A DNA stretch of 64,000 nucleotides from Octopus vulgaris. Lineage: Eukaryota. The notes below the pieces were generated by a model. That model worked only from the letters and a program-made list of their open reading frames with translations, searched no databases and had not been told where the DNA came from. Both the position numbers and the translations under genes were made by a program. Positions within the stretch are counted from its first letter, which is position 1. The number at the start of each line of letters is the position of its first letter. Shown here piece by piece: positions 1 through 13,630 of this stretch. The stretch covers positions 222,828,001 to 222,892,000 of the forward strand of contig OX597814.1 in NCBI GenBank assembly GCA_951406725.2, given 5' to 3'.

Positions 1-2
1 AC

Positions 3-108
3 GCTTTATCTTTTATCCTTTATCTCATTCTTGTTTCACTCGTTAGACTGCGGCCATGCTGGGGCACCGCCTTGGCGAAATTTTAGTGGAATGAATCGAC
101 CCCAGTAG
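3..108 (-). mobile_element. 3' fragment of tRNA-derived SINE family A (older subfamily)
   Basis: Reverse complement of the family-A 3' end (gactgcggccatgctggggcaccgcc...aatcgaccccagta) with (cttttat)n tail. Confidence 0.6.
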
Positions 109-110
109 AT

Positions 111-325
111 TCTCTTTTCTCTTTTACTTGTTTCAGTCATTTGACTGCGGCCATGCTGGAGCACCGCTTCTAGTCGAGCAAATCTACCCCGGGACTTATT
201 CTTTGTAAGCCCAGCACTTATTCTATCGGTCTCTTTTGCCGAACCGCTAATTGACGGGGACGTAAACATACCAGCATCGGTTGTTAAGCAATGCTAGAGG
301 GACAAACACAGACACACAAACACAT

Positions 326-412
<87 letters not shown>

Positions 413-512
413 TACGATGGGCTTCTTTCAGTTTCCGTCTACCAAATCCACTCACAAGGCTTTGGTCGGCTCGAGGCTATAGCAGAAGACACTTGCCCAA
501 GATGCCACACAG
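111..512 (-). mobile_element. SINE family A, 5'-truncated, with internal (TA)n/(CA)n
   Basis: Near-identical to full copies at 20557-20973 and 53464-53925; tRNA head missing. Confidence 0.9.
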
Positions 513-761
513 AGTTCGAATCTCAGACCTGGCGATGTGTGTGTTTATGAACAAAACACCTAAGCTCCACGCGGCTCCGGCAGAAGGTAAAGACGAACTT
601 CTACTGACTCTTTCGCCACAACTTTCTCTCTCTCTTTCCTCCTGCATCTTGCAGCTCACCTGCGACGGACCGGCGTCCCGTCCAGGTGGGGAACCTATAC
701 GCCAAGGAAACCGGCAAACCGGCCCTTATGAGCCAGGCGTGGCTCGAGAAGGAACAAACAA
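511..761 (+). mobile_element. tRNA-derived SINE (head C + tail Y), starting at the B box
   Basis: B box gagttcgaatc; body aaaacacctaagctccacg...ctctttcgccacaactttctctc shared with 24180-24567; tail ctgcgacggaccggcgtcccgtccag...gaaaccgg shared with 62126-62380. Confidence 0.8.
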
Positions 762-1239
762 TTTACACATATAGTAACACACGTAGAAGCACACACAAAC
801 ACAAGCACATATAAACAAATATGGGATTGAGAGCCAATGGGTGATTTCGATCCAAATTTTTCCCTATGATTCTTGATCAAATACTGTTTTTAAACCAGAA
901 ATTGTATAGTATACACCTTAATTCATTATGAATGTGCATACAGATCAAACAACAAGTATTGGTGCATTCCTGCGTAAAGCTTTTACAAAAAATGAACAAC
1001 TCTATATTGTACCAGTATTTGTAGCGATCATTTACGATCTGCTAATCTTTTGATCTCTGTATGACTCTCTTCAATATGGTGCACTTAATCATTATCACGA
1101 GTTGAAGGAATTTCGATCATCGTAGCACATGCGGCTATATGCATGTAGCAAGAGTATTTACATCAGCAACACACGGCTATAATCATACATAAATGGATAT
1201 ATACATATCTACGTAAGCATACATGTGTGAATGTGTACG

Positions 1240-1253
1240 TATAATGTGTGTGC

Positions 1254-1303
<50 letters not shown>

Positions 1304-1346
1304 ATGTATGCATGTATGTATGTATGTGTGTATGTATGTATGTATG

Positions 1347-1377
<31 letters not shown>

Positions 1378-1545
1378 GTAAGTATATGTATGTATGTATG
1401 ATTGTATGTAGAGAGTGAGATAGAAATGCCTGCAAAAATACTTCATTCCATTCATATATATATCTTACATACACGCATGCATACATACGTACGTATATAC
1501 ATACATGTATACATACATACATACATACATACATACATACATACA

Positions 1546-1577
<32 letters not shown>

Positions 1578-1580
1578 CAT
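1240..1580. repeat. Compound microsatellites (TA)n, (TATG)n, (CATA)n
   Basis: Directly visible. Confidence 0.95.
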
Positions 1581-1794
1581 TGTTTCAGTTCTCTGCTGTT
1601 GGGATTATAAAGCCTTTTAAGGTGGCACTTGACATCATCTCCATCAGATCATACGTTTACCATCTACAAAGCTCTATCCCACAAACCTCATTATGAAAAG
1701 TAAAAAAAAAATACCGAAGCACATTCGCTGGAAAGCTTTGTCCAGCAAATAAGTCCCTAATGGACTCCGAATTGAAAACAACGCCATTGTAGTT

Positions 1795-1898
1795 TTCATA
1801 TCAAATGTCATGAACATTTGCAATTATAAACGTAGATTATATGGATATATGAAACACCAAGGAATGGTGTAATCAACAATTTACTGTTTAATAATAAA

Positions 1899-1902
<4 letters not shown>
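1795..1902 (+). mobile_element. Penelope-like repeat fragment with the 3' half of a hammerhead, ending in (TA)n
   Basis: gaaacacca-aggaa-tggtgta gives GAAA, a stem III hairpin and a GUA triplet; CUGANGA strand absent. Confidence 0.4.
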
Positions 1903-1932
<30 letters not shown>

Positions 1933-1934
<2 letters not shown>

Positions 1935-2060
1935 GGCTTCTTTCAGTTTTCGTCTTCTAAATAACCTCAGAATGTTTTATTCGGCCTGGAGATACAGAAA
2001 ACGTGCCACACAGTGGGATTGAACCTTTAGACATGTGGCTGCAAATCAAATACCTACATA
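1933..2060 (-). mobile_element. Degenerate SINE family A head fragment
   Basis: cgggcttctttcagtttt...gtgccacacagtgggattgaacc matches the reverse complement of the family-A 5' half. Confidence 0.65.
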
Positions 2061-2582
2061 TTGGGAATGTGTGTCTATCCATATATATGTATGTGTGTAT
2101 TTGTGTGCGTGTTAGTCTATGTGTGTGTTTATGTGTGCGTGTATGTTGCGTATGTACGTGTGACTTTGTATACTATTGTGAAAATCTATCCTAACCCTTA
2201 GCTAAGTTTATAACCGTCTGACGATTATTGCCAAGATATAATGTACGAACATCTGCTACATCTGTCCAGAATACTTTATAATTTCATTATCATCATCGAA
2301 AGCTACTGTTATTTCTCTATACAAATAAATACATACAGAATTTAGCTAACTACGCATCTAGGAAAACTCTTAGGCTACTATTATGTGGTCATATGCTTAC
2401 TTCTACGGTGAAGAATATCAGTTCATACAACCTCCCGGTTATAACCCCCGACTATTTGGAACAAAATAATTGTTTGTTCGATATTCATTGATTGCAGCAT
2501 GGTAGACAATAGTATATTATATATATTCTGCCTAATGGCATTCAGTAAATTATATAGACCCACCAAATGATTCACAACTTGA

Positions 2583-3490
2583 CAGTGTGTTCGGGCTAAA
2601 TTTGAAGATGTTTGTTTTTCCTTTTCCAGGAAAAACTTGATATATTTGTGCGCAGTCAATGGCGTTGGGGAGCATGAAGATTAAAGTTAAGAAAAAAAGA
2701 TTTTTCTTAAGCATAAAGATTAAAGTTAAGAAAAAGTTAGCCGACATGGAGGTTTAGAAACCATCTGAATACTGGAAAGGAGTTTGCTGTATCATGATCA
2801 TTTGCGCCGGGTTTTAAAATGCCCATGTCATAACTGCAGATAAATGCTCTTTTAATTCTGTAAAGGCTGTGATACGCGGTATGAACAGCTGCAATGCAAA
2901 CTACAAAGCCGTGGTCTGCAGAAAGAGGCACAATAGGTGTTCTGACTGTCCGTATGTCGGAATTCGTCAAACAACTGATGACCGGGCCTTAGGCTCAATT
3001 CAGACGGCTATGTGAAGCTGCTGGAGACTGTGCTTAAACTCTGGTTAGAGGAGAGTTGCTGCTGGAAAGCCATGTGTGGCAGAAGGATTTGGCTCTTTGC
3101 TATATTTTACGAAAGACTCAGAAATGGTTGTTTGAAGACTTCTACGACATTTCCAACCCCAATTTTTGGCCCCCTAATTTCCCCGATTGTAATCCAATAC
3201 ATTACTATGTGTGAGAAAAATCGCGCTGCCTGCAACACCAATGTGGTGTTGGTGTCTGAGTTCAAGTAGGTGTTCAAATATCTTACAAAGAAAGTACTGA
3301 AGAACGCATGCACCAGGTTCTGGAGTCTTGTTGATGCTGTGGTGGAAGATGAGGGCAGCTAATTTGAGCAAACTACTACCTCTTAGTCATTATCTTTTTG
3401 ATATATTTTTTATTTTCTAAAATTCCTTTCATTTTTTGATGGGATATTGTCTTCCTTTTATGCAAACTGTCATATTTAGTCCGAACACTA
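2583..3490 (+). mobile_element. Decayed, internally deleted Tc1/mariner-superfamily DNA transposon
   Basis: Imperfect TIRs cagtgtgttcgggctaaatttga / tcatatttagtccgaacact; frameshifted transposase remnants including FWPPNFPDCNP..YYV (WPPxSPDLNP motif) at ~3165-3210. Confidence 0.75.
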
Positions 3491-4674
3491 CATATTTTTT
3501 CATTTATCGTTAACTTTCGATGCATTAAGCGACATATTTGTTCCAACGCAACGTCGTAAAACAGAGAGGCAAATGTTGATTCCCTGCAGTAAGCAATTCC
3601 ACCGTCCCTCTGCCTTTGGTTTATCAGAAATAAAAATATATTTTATCCCAAGTGAAATCGACAAGTATTGGAAGGAAACATGGCGAATAACGACGTTGTC
3701 AATATATGATGATTTTAAAAATATTCCACTCCTAAGAAAACTGTAAACTTCTTCGATGATTAGAGATGGCTAGTAAGGACTACGATGTACGATACTTTGA
3801 TATAGTCTTTATAGATCGTTACATAAAGTTAATATGGATTAGAAAATCCGGGTTTTCGTTATAGACTGTGTGGATTGGAGCATCTGTTTCTTAAACAAGA
3901 AATAACCGGGATTAGAGCATCTATTAAAAGTTGAACACCAGTAGTCTTGACTATCAATATAATCCACTGGCACATAAAGATATTTATATACGCCTACATA
4001 TATCGCTAGCGAATAAACTGATTCTCAATAGTAAAGATCTTATTGTACACTGTTCGATTTACCTAGTGACTTAAAACCTACCGAGCAGTGTTGTACCGGG
4101 ATTATATACAGAGACGGTTGTAGTTTGAACAGTAACGAAATCAACAAAAGTTATTCATGAAAACAATGGGTGCATTGGCTTAAATGCGAAAATATCTTTA
4201 CTCAAGTTATGTTTATTATTCTTTTGCATTTGCTATTATCATATCTACAGAGTTGTTAGAATTCTCATTTACAGCATGATGATATTGAATGACATGTCCA
4301 AAGAAACTACTGTAAGGAGAGACAGGAAACTTTGGCGTTTCTTTCTTCGATATTTGCCTCAAAATACAGCCTTATCTCGTTTACATAAACGACGTTCATC
4401 AATGCAATATCATGGATTAGGAAGCTAAGTTAATTTACAACATAGTATGAGAGTGAGATTGGCCAGTATAAATATAAATTATTTCTACAAATCAGTATGT
4501 GTGTGTGTATATATATATATAACACTGAGTCTGGGATGTTTTCTAGGTATGTAGAATATATGTGTTAGTGTGTATGCATTCACTTCTACCTGTATACGCA
4601 TGCACGCCAACTGACTCCTATAAATTTGAAGATACTTTGAACGTATATACGGATTGCAATTATACAAATATATA

Positions 4675-4899
4675 TATTTCTTTACTACCCACAAGGGGCT
4701 AAACACAGAGGGGACAAACAAGGACAGACAAACGGATTAAGTCGATTACATCGACCCCAGTGCGTAACTGGTACTTAATGTATCGACCCCGAAAGGATGA
4801 AAGGCAAAGTCGACCTCGGTGGAATTTGAACTCAGAACGTAGCGGCAGACGAAATACAGCTACGCATTTCGCCCGGCGTGCTAACGTTTCTGCCAGCTC
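4675..4899 (-). mobile_element. SINE family B
   Basis: Reverse complement of gagctggcagaaacgttagcacgccgggcg...gagttcaaattcc (B box)...gcctttcatcctttcggggtcgat...taaagaaata; multiple copies in window. Confidence 0.9.
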
Positions 4900-5019
4900 T
4901 TACACGAAGGAGTCCGTAAACACATTCTTATTCCTTTCTCTCTTTCATTCAAAAGCCAAAAGCACACATTAATACACACTCCCACCCCATGCTCATATAT
5001 GTATATGTGTATGTCTTCT

Positions 5020-6405
5020 ATTTTTTAATTATTATAAATCCTCCACTGAGGAGGGAGCAGGTTTCCAACAAAGATACAAGGCTCCATTTTTGTGATGTAG
5101 TTAACATAGACAAATCCGCATTTGGAACTTGAGAAAAGTGTTGCAATTTTTTACACATAGATTGGACTTGTAATGTACGAATCAGTCTTTCTGAAAATAC
5201 CAGTTTATGCAGATTCTCCTTTAAGCATTTACTAACAAAACCTAGTGCTCCAATTAATATTGGTATGAATATGAATTCATAGTCTGGATACAGAAGCTGG
5301 AGTTTTCGAAGCACTTGCCCATAGACTTAGATTTTCAAGGTAATATTTATATCTGCAGGGCAGCTAACCTCTACGATGGTACTTACCTCTGGCACTCTAT
5401 GATGGTATATACCTGTTATGCTTACATTTGACAGAAGTTTTGATGGGAATATTCCACCAGTATTCCATGGGTTGATGTTTATTAATGTATTCCTTAATAG
5501 AGATTTTCTAAGTTTATTTCAGGACATTCATTTGCGGAGGGCATTGTAAATTGTTTTATCGGCAACATCGGGCAGCATAGGGATGTAGTACCGTGACGAC
5601 ATTTTAGGACAGCTGCTAATCACACGCGTGATGTCTTCCACAGAAACATGACATAGCCTACACATGCAGTTGCACCTTGGTATTACAAAAGCGTCACTGT
5701 CTCTCTTCTTCACCAGGGACTTTGTGGCAATCTCCTGTTCCTGGATTGCAAACGCATAGCCTTCAAAGTGTGATGTGATGTAGTGGTCTTGTGTCCAAGA
5801 GAGGCTGTGCTTTATGTCAATTCTACTGTCTTCTTCAAGCTTCCCGGCAACATACCCAAGCAGGGTCCTTTTTTTTGTACGCTGGGTGCTTTCCATGCAG
5901 GCCTATTCTGAGGTAAGAGAGGCCAGCTGTTTTGGGGTTGTATAGATCATGAGGAAGAGAGCGTTTCTTGAGGAGCCCACTGCCAACTCATACAATGTTG
6001 CTCACTTCACTTTTTAGCACCGCATTAATATATTTATCTTTGCTGCTGTCGTTTCGCAGGTGTTGCTTGAATAATACCACACTGCATTCGAAAGCCGTCT
6101 GCACTCATCTCAGGCCTCTATCACCTTCATTTCATCTTAGGTAGAGCCTAATGTCAACATCACTGTTTCTGTGGAAGTTCCCAGCTGTTGTTAGGATTTT
6201 GCGGGTTTTGATATCTATGGAGTGGATTTCCTCTACAGACCAATCAAATATCCCAAATCTTGGGATCAGCACTGGTACTGCAAATGCATTGTGGGATATT
6301 GTTTAGTTGTAAGAGGAGAGTTCCGACTGCCATATTTTCCTAAGTCTGGTGAAATATTCTCGGGTCCTTCTATCTTTATTTACAGTGCTGTCATATGATA
6401 CACAT
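5020..6405 (-). mobile_element. 5'-truncated, degenerate RLE-type non-LTR retrotransposon (R4/Dong-like): RT C-terminus, CCHC knuckle, restriction-like endonuclease
   Basis: Minus-strand translation: RKIWQSELSSYN*TISHNAFAVPVLIPRFGIFDW, RLYL..GDRGL, CRLCHVSVEDITRVISSCPKM (zinc knuckle), WWNIPI, IVEVSCP..KY..LRKLQLLYPDYEFIFIPILIGALG; stops and frameshifts present. Confidence 0.85.
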
Positions 6406-8639
6406 GTACACTGAAATAGGCATGTATAAGTGTGTGTGTGTGTAACTATCGTAGTATTACATAAAGCTTACAGTACACTCTTCCCTATCAATTATTAAAA
6501 AATATATATATAAATGTGTGTGTTTGTTGTGTGTGTGTGTGTACGTATGCACTGAAAATTCATTTATGATGTGTATTGCTGTACTTGTGTATGTGTTTTT
6601 ATGTATGTATGCAGTTGGGTGTATATATTTTGAAGATAATATGGGGGCATAAATAATATGTACATGCGCAATGACAACCCTTTAAAACCATCTAATGTGA
6701 ACACATAGATACGTTTGAAAATGTATGTATATGCAGTCGTCATTCACACAAAAGCTAAGATGTATACTGATATTGAAACTAGCGCTCGCTAGTAGAATAA
6801 GTACTTCCTTTAGTAACACATGGCTTATCTGGAAGTTGTACATTGATGTGATATCACGGATATGCAGGTGTTTGAGCAATCTCGTGTCAATATCTCCACA
6901 AAGTCGCCAAACTAATGTAAGTTCAGTTTACACAAATTTTCAACATTCTCCTTAAAATTAATCATTTATTTGAATCACTAAATTTTATTTATCGTCGTCG
7001 TGTAGTAGCCATGGTAATATATAAACACTTGCACACATACATACATACACACTCACACGCACATGCAGACACGCACACATACAGACACACACAAACACAC
7101 GTGCGTGTGTGTATGTCCTTAGACTAAAATAATTCTATGCGTTTTATACTATGATCACGTTTAGGAGGTTGTTGATAATATAAATATAAGGAAACATTCT
7201 TAAAGATGGGCATCACTGTCTAGACAAGAAATTTGCTGCGAAAATGAGTAATTCCATCTAATTCTGCTCCACCGCAAAATGACTTGAATTTGTGTTATGT
7301 TATAACGAAATGATGGCTAATAACTTATAAATAGAATTTGGTCGACAGAGGTTCTTCACAAACGTTTGCGTGCATATGGATGTTAGTGTCTGTATCAGAC
7401 TTAACTTCAGATGTTATCCTACCCATTCATGCACAATTTTATTCCACTAATTTACTATTTTTGCTACATACCACAGTCAATTAGTTATCTTATGAAATCT
7501 ACTGATTCTGCTTATACTTTCGTAAAATATTAGCGTGAATGCCACGACTAACATAGGCCATTTTTAATTTCACTACAAAAATATAAGTCTGAAAGGTCGC
7601 TGTCTTTTTAATTTATAAACGGCTGAAAAAAAAATGAAAATAAAGCAGACATCATTTGTTTGTTAGATTCAAGTTATATTTACCAGAATTTGTGAAAGAT
7701 ATCTAAACAATTCTTTCATTTGATTTGACAAATCTAATAGAGGAATAGTATTCTGTCATTTTTGTGAATCGTTAAGTTTATTTCGTATGTGTTATTGAGT
7801 ATCAAAAGTACAGAAATACATTTTTTATAATACTGAAGTGTCAGTGAAATGTCTATATTGTCTTATGTTTTGTCGCAATTAAATGTTATTTGTTGCCTTT
7901 TCTCTTTGAAATTAGTATATCTAAGACATTTCAAACATTATTCATATGAATTGGTTTCTAATCTTTTGTTTTCTTCTGATATTTCTGAAGACTTTATTAT
8001 TAAAAAAAAAATGAATTTGAGCAGACGCTTTCAGCTGTTACCAGGCTTATTATATTTCCAGTCAGTGATGTGTCCATCGTTTCTTTCTTCTATATTTAAT
8101 CAGCGACGCAAAGCAGAGTTAATATAATCATGGAAGAGGTCAAGAAAATCCGTAAACCTTTCAAAATGTTGAAAGAAGATCAATCTTATATGTTCTTAAT
8201 CTGCTGCAGCCTGTGAAAAGTCTTGTGAATTTGGAATGAAATATTTATAAAAGTTACTGTTCGTCTCAAAATACTTTATAAATAGTTTCGGATTTATTTT
8301 AATAATTCTAATTTCCATTGTAATTTCTAGATAATAGTAACTTCACGGCTGGTGTATATTAAGTTGTGGGTGAAATTAATCATGTTTGTCAAATAATGCT
8401 GGATGTCAGGTGCTATATAATTTACATGAGATGCTTTATTAGACTGGGATCCCTTAATGTTGCATCAGGTATAAATAAAGGAAATAAATCGACGTCAATT
8501 CTGACGGGGTATTTTAGCCAGTTGTGCAATGAACTATCAATTCTGATGCACTGAAGTGTTAATTAGAAAAACACGCCTCAATTATTTATAGAGGCATCGT
8601 TTAAAATTGACGCTTTTTTCTATTAATCTACAATGGATA

Positions 8640-9036
8640 TCTTTATATATAAAAGTGAGGTTGTGTGCTGTCTGTCTCCTACGATTTAGATTCCTAACTA
8701 CTCCCACATTTTGCGGTGCAGTTTAACCAAAACCGGGTATCTTATAGTCGTGATTCATATCGAGCCCTTCTGGGTATTAGCGCGCGTCTACGATGAGTAT
8801 ACGATTTACAAAACAAATTACCATCAATTTTTCCCATTTTTAATGCACTTTTGACATATATAAGGGAAGTAACTCTCTAATAATTTATTATTAAATCTCA
8901 GAACGTAAAAAGCTACAGTAACACCCCCTTCCTTTGTGGTTAGCCATATTGAGATGGCTATCATACTTTACATCTCTAAAATGCTTATATAGTTATTTCC
9001 CTTACAAACCCGAGCAACGCCGGGCGATACTGCTAG
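8640..9036 (+). mobile_element. Non-autonomous Helitron
   Basis: A|TC 5' end (a|tctttatatataaaag); 3' GC-rich hairpin cccgagcaacgccggg followed by CTAG|T; no TSD. Confidence 0.8.
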
Positions 9037-9104
9037 TATGACATAAAAGTAAATAGTTTGCAACAAGTTGCTTTGTCTTATCTTCATTTAATATCTACTT
9101 CATA

Positions 9105-9294
9105 TCATCATTTGACTGCGGCTATACTGGAATACCTCCACGAACTCGTTTTAGTCAAACAAATCGACCCCATTAATTATTTCTCCTTTTAAGTTTGATA
9201 CTTATTCTATCGTTCTCTTTTGCCGAACCGATAGATTACAAGGGCGTAAATGATGGAGGTGTGAAATGCAGACACACACACACGCATACACATG

Positions 9295-9344
<50 letters not shown>

Positions 9345-9450
9345 GATACGGCGTATTTGTCCTGGCTCTTATTTCAATGGAAAATGTGTGAAGATGACTT
9401 TAAAATTTCATATAGGTGTATGTGTGTGTCTGTGTGTGTATGTATTATGC

Positions 9451-9512
<62 letters not shown>

Positions 9513-9740
9513 ATGCATATGTGTGTGTGTATGTATGTTTTATATATATGTATGTATGTATGTATGAATGTATGTATGTATGTATGTATGTAAGAGATTT
9601 TCCGTCAACTAAATTCATTCAGAAATCTTTGGTCGGTCCGGGGCTAAAATAGATTATGCTTATTGAACGTACCACATACTAAGGGCAGCGCCTGAAATTA
9701 CGTGGCTGCAAAGTGGGCTTCTTAGTCACCCAGTGATGAC
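9105..9740 (-). mobile_element. Degenerate SINE family A split by an expanded microsatellite
   Basis: 3' part tcatttgactgcggc...tttgccgaaccg (~9105-9260); 5' part ttccgtcaactaaattcattc...ggtcggtccggggcta (~9597-9740). Confidence 0.65.
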
Positions 9741-10334
9741 TATATGAACACTCTACGAAAATTTAGTCTTCCGCAGTGACACTTATAAAAAAAATAGATG
9801 ATAGGACAAACAACGAAATGTTGTTCATAATTATTTTCATATTATTATCATTATATTAATTGCTCATTTCATTTCAAAAATAAAGTGGGCAACGAACGAA
9901 TAGTGAAAAGCAATAATATTTCATTATTCATACGTTGCCCATAAATCCATCATGCTGAAATAAATCTTGCAAAATATTGGCTGTCAATGTTGACTAACTC
10001 CCGCCAAAGGGTGTGTTAATATTTTAAATTTTATTAATTCAAACATCTTCAAGTAATTCGAAGTATTAGACATTATTGTTCTTAACAGATTAAGTTAGCA
10101 TCAAGTATATTGTTATGTCTTCTTGTAATGCTCTGAAGTGCTGCTTAAATCTCCTGTATCTTACATGTCATAATACATCTGTCTCAATTCCAGACACAAA
10201 TGGAATTTATCTAATAAAATAGACAGATAGACTTCATATATATATAAACACACACTCACACACACACATGTATACATGTTTACATGTTTATGTATGAAAC
10301 CTACTTGTTTATATATATGTGTGTGTGGCTGTGT

Positions 10335-10365
<31 letters not shown>

Positions 10366-10439
10366 CATACATACATACATACATACATACGTACATACAT
10401 ACATACATACATAAATACATATATATATATATATATATA

Positions 10440-10473
<34 letters not shown>

Positions 10474-11814
10474 CATACATGCATACCTATATGTAATCAT
10501 GTGCGTATGTGTATACTAGAGAAGGAAATATTTACAGATAGTGAAAAATAAAATTTTCTAAAACTCTTGACTACATAGAAATTATGATACGCTGCTGTTC
10601 TGAATAAATAACTGAACACCAAATCTAATCCTCTTTCAGCTTTTTCGTGCTGTTAGACAATTGGGAAATAGTTGTTTTGTTCTTGAAGCGTTGTTAAAAG
10701 AATGTTGAAGGAAGTTTACTACAAATTGATGTATGCTGCCTCTGTGGCTATTCATTGAATTTATGTTTACTGGCCATCAATTAACTTTGACGTCTGTTAT
10801 CAATAAACCTCTAATGATAACCGAGTTCAGTGACTTTACCACTTAGGTCATGCCTGCACATCAATAAAATTGATTTATTTTATGAATGCACAAGCTTAAT
10901 TTTGGTTAAGGGAAAAATATACAATGCAAAAGGCATAAAATGAAATTTAGTAAGGAGTCAGATCAAGTGAGGGCCAATGAAATATTGTAGTATATTAGTT
11001 CGCGTATATTACTGGTATTTATTTGAGACTTGGGTAGAATATAACATTGACTCAAAGGGAATTTGATTCCAGATCGTTAAGAAGTGAAACTCTATACTAT
11101 AAAAAAATTATTGCAATTGTCCATTTCTACCAATAAACGCTTGTTTTGTTTCTAACTTAGTTACTAGCCAAATTACTGAAGAGTAGAAATATATACGACT
11201 TTAGTATCGATTTCAGGGAACAACGATGAGCAATCTCAAAATTTACGAGTGAATATCTAAGTATTCCACAATATATCGTTAACATAATACTGAAGCAAAA
11301 TGAGAATGACAGAGTATATGATGAGGCTGACCTATTGAATTTCAAGCACAATGCATTCGATTCACAACCGCAAATTTTCTGTCATTCCAATTGCCGAAGT
11401 TATTAAGTAATGGAATGAGGCTCAGGACTTTGTGGTTAGAGAGGAAATTTTAAAACATGTCGACACTGTTTTGTTTCGTTATAGTATGTAACCGAGTTTG
11501 CTCTGATAGCTTCTATTTAAGTCGTGGAAAAGTGAGACTATTTTAAACACAATAAAACATTTATTCCCGCTTTCTTGTTTGCAAATGCATCGATTTTGTA
11601 TACAAATGTGGTATATGATTAGGCTCGTTGTTAATTTTATAGAGGGAGAGAACTTAAAGAGAGTGCAACAATCACTGGTCCTCATTTTAGTTAGCATATT
11701 AAGAGGGAAAACAGAACTGGAAGACTGTGGCAGCTTAGAAGAACACAGCATAATTCGTCACATTTTGTATAATGTTCTATATATTTTTTATACCATATAG
11801 AGTACAAGCTTGAT

Positions 11815-12180
11815 AGGTTCTCATATATCTGTATGTCATTTAATTGCGGCAATGCTGGAGCACTGCCTTGTAAGTTTAGTCGCAAAAATATCAACTGCAG
11901 CACTTATTCTATCTGGGGTTTTTTTGTTTGTTTTTTTGCCTTACAGCTAAAATACGTGGACGTAAACCAACAGACACCAGTTGCAAGCAACAGGGACAGC
12001 AACCTTTAAGTCACGTAAAGGTTTGTCGGGCTTCCACACCATTTCTGTCTGCTGAATTTACTCCAAATGCAGGGTTGACCCAAAGGGATACTACAAAACA
12101 CTTGTCCAAGGTGCGGCGTAGTGAGACTGGACCCGAAACTATGCAGTTGCGAAACGAGCTTTTTAAACACACATATGACT
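11815..12180 (-). mobile_element. Degenerate SINE family A
   Basis: gtcatttaattgcggcaatgctggagcactgcc...acacttgtccaaggtgc match family A. Confidence 0.65.
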
Positions 12181-12869
12181 AAGCGATGGAACGCGGGGAC
12201 TGGTAGATAGATGATAGCATATTTAAGGTTTTGACATATAAAGCATATGTAGGACTAAATATTAGGTGAATTTGATATTATATTAGTCAATGACTAATCA
12301 TATTTATTGATGTTTTTTTCCGAAAATAGTGGAGAAAATCAGGCCATATTTCAGTCTCAGTTTGACCTCATCACTGAAGCACGTCCGTCATCGTACTTGC
12401 CAAAGCAATAAGGAGAGAAATACTAAGCAACTGTACATAAGATGGTGTTAATAGAGATTAATAGAGGTACTACACATTTATTGTACTAAATCATGTATGT
12501 CAGAAGATAAAATGCTGAAATACATGAAATTCTTTAGTACAAAGCTCTTGCCATACACCAGCGTCCCCACCAAGAACAGTACTGTTTACTAAGAAATAAA
12601 TCAAAGGATATCAGCAATTTCATTCATGTCGAAACTTAAATAAAATTAGTGTTTATGAGTTGTTTAAACTAGTAAATGAACGCCGTTGGGAAATAAATCA
12701 TTACATAAAAATGTAAAGCATACGGGAGCATGAACTAGAAGGTTGTACACGGCAGGCAAGCATTCATTGCAAAGTAGTCGTTTCTGTGTAATCAATAATA
12801 ATTTTTACTATTCCTCTATCTGTCCATTCCTTTTCACCAACCACTTTTCATGGAGTGGGTTATTGTGGG

Positions 12870-13570
12870 GTGGAGTTAGTTCTCAGGCCCCTCATCCATG
12901 GGGTCATACCATCACATAGGGTCCTAACCATCACAACACTTTCCTTTTGACCACCAAGTGTAATCAATTAAGACTATGGAGATTATCCAACAACCTCACT
13001 CTTGGTCTACTTCTAGGTTTCCAGCCGTTTGGCTCGGCTTCAGAAATCTATCTTGCAATCCTTTCCCATGGAATTCTAACTACATCTCCGTAGTACCGAA
13101 GCTGCGATTTTTCAATACAGAGAAGTAGAGGCTCGACCAGGAGAGACTTCGTGGTCTCCAAGCTTTGCGCTTAGTCGAATTACGCGATTTCAGAGATCCT
13201 TCGAAGGAACCTCATTTTTAGCTGCAATCCTATTCCTTCGATCGTCACCCAATACTTATGAAAATAGGATGATATAGAGGTAGAAAACCTGGATTGAAGA
13301 TAACAAGTCTCGCTTCATATCAACCTCTCCTTTTTTGAGGATGGAAAGCGGAAGTTGGCGTATTACTCCACTAGCAAATGCACTTCTATCAATCAGTTCA
13401 GCTTTCTATCTCTCGTGCACACAACTCCGAGATAATCAAACTTCTCCACTTGACTCAGTAATGTTCCAGTAACATGAAGAGTGCACTGCAAAGACTTTCT
13501 TGAGAGGACAAATGTCTCAGTCTTCGCAAAACTTTTCCTCATTTCACAGCACCCGGCACCGAACACATTC
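12870..13570 (-). mobile_element. Degenerate RTE-clade LINE, 3' RT region
   Basis: Minus-strand remnants KTETFVLSRK, LSQVEKF, MRFLRRI, VEPLLLCIEKSQLRYYGDVVRIP..RIAR, GWKPRSRPR. Confidence 0.75.
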
Positions 13571-13574
13571 AGTG

Positions 13575-13584
13575 CATGCTGCTG

Positions 13585-13630
<46 letters not shown>
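13575..13630. repeat. (CTG)n(CTA)n microsatellite
   Basis: Directly visible. Confidence 0.95.

Noticed and set aside
8130-8216. Short ORF MEEVKKIRKPFKMLKEDQ and a nearby minus-strand acceptor
   Set aside because: Short, no homology, no consistent exon structure
10990-11120. Very old SINE B-like traces (also ~27280-27480, 29225-29560, 29790-29900, 52690-52910)
   Set aside because: Too diverged for reliable boundaries; probably real but not annotated
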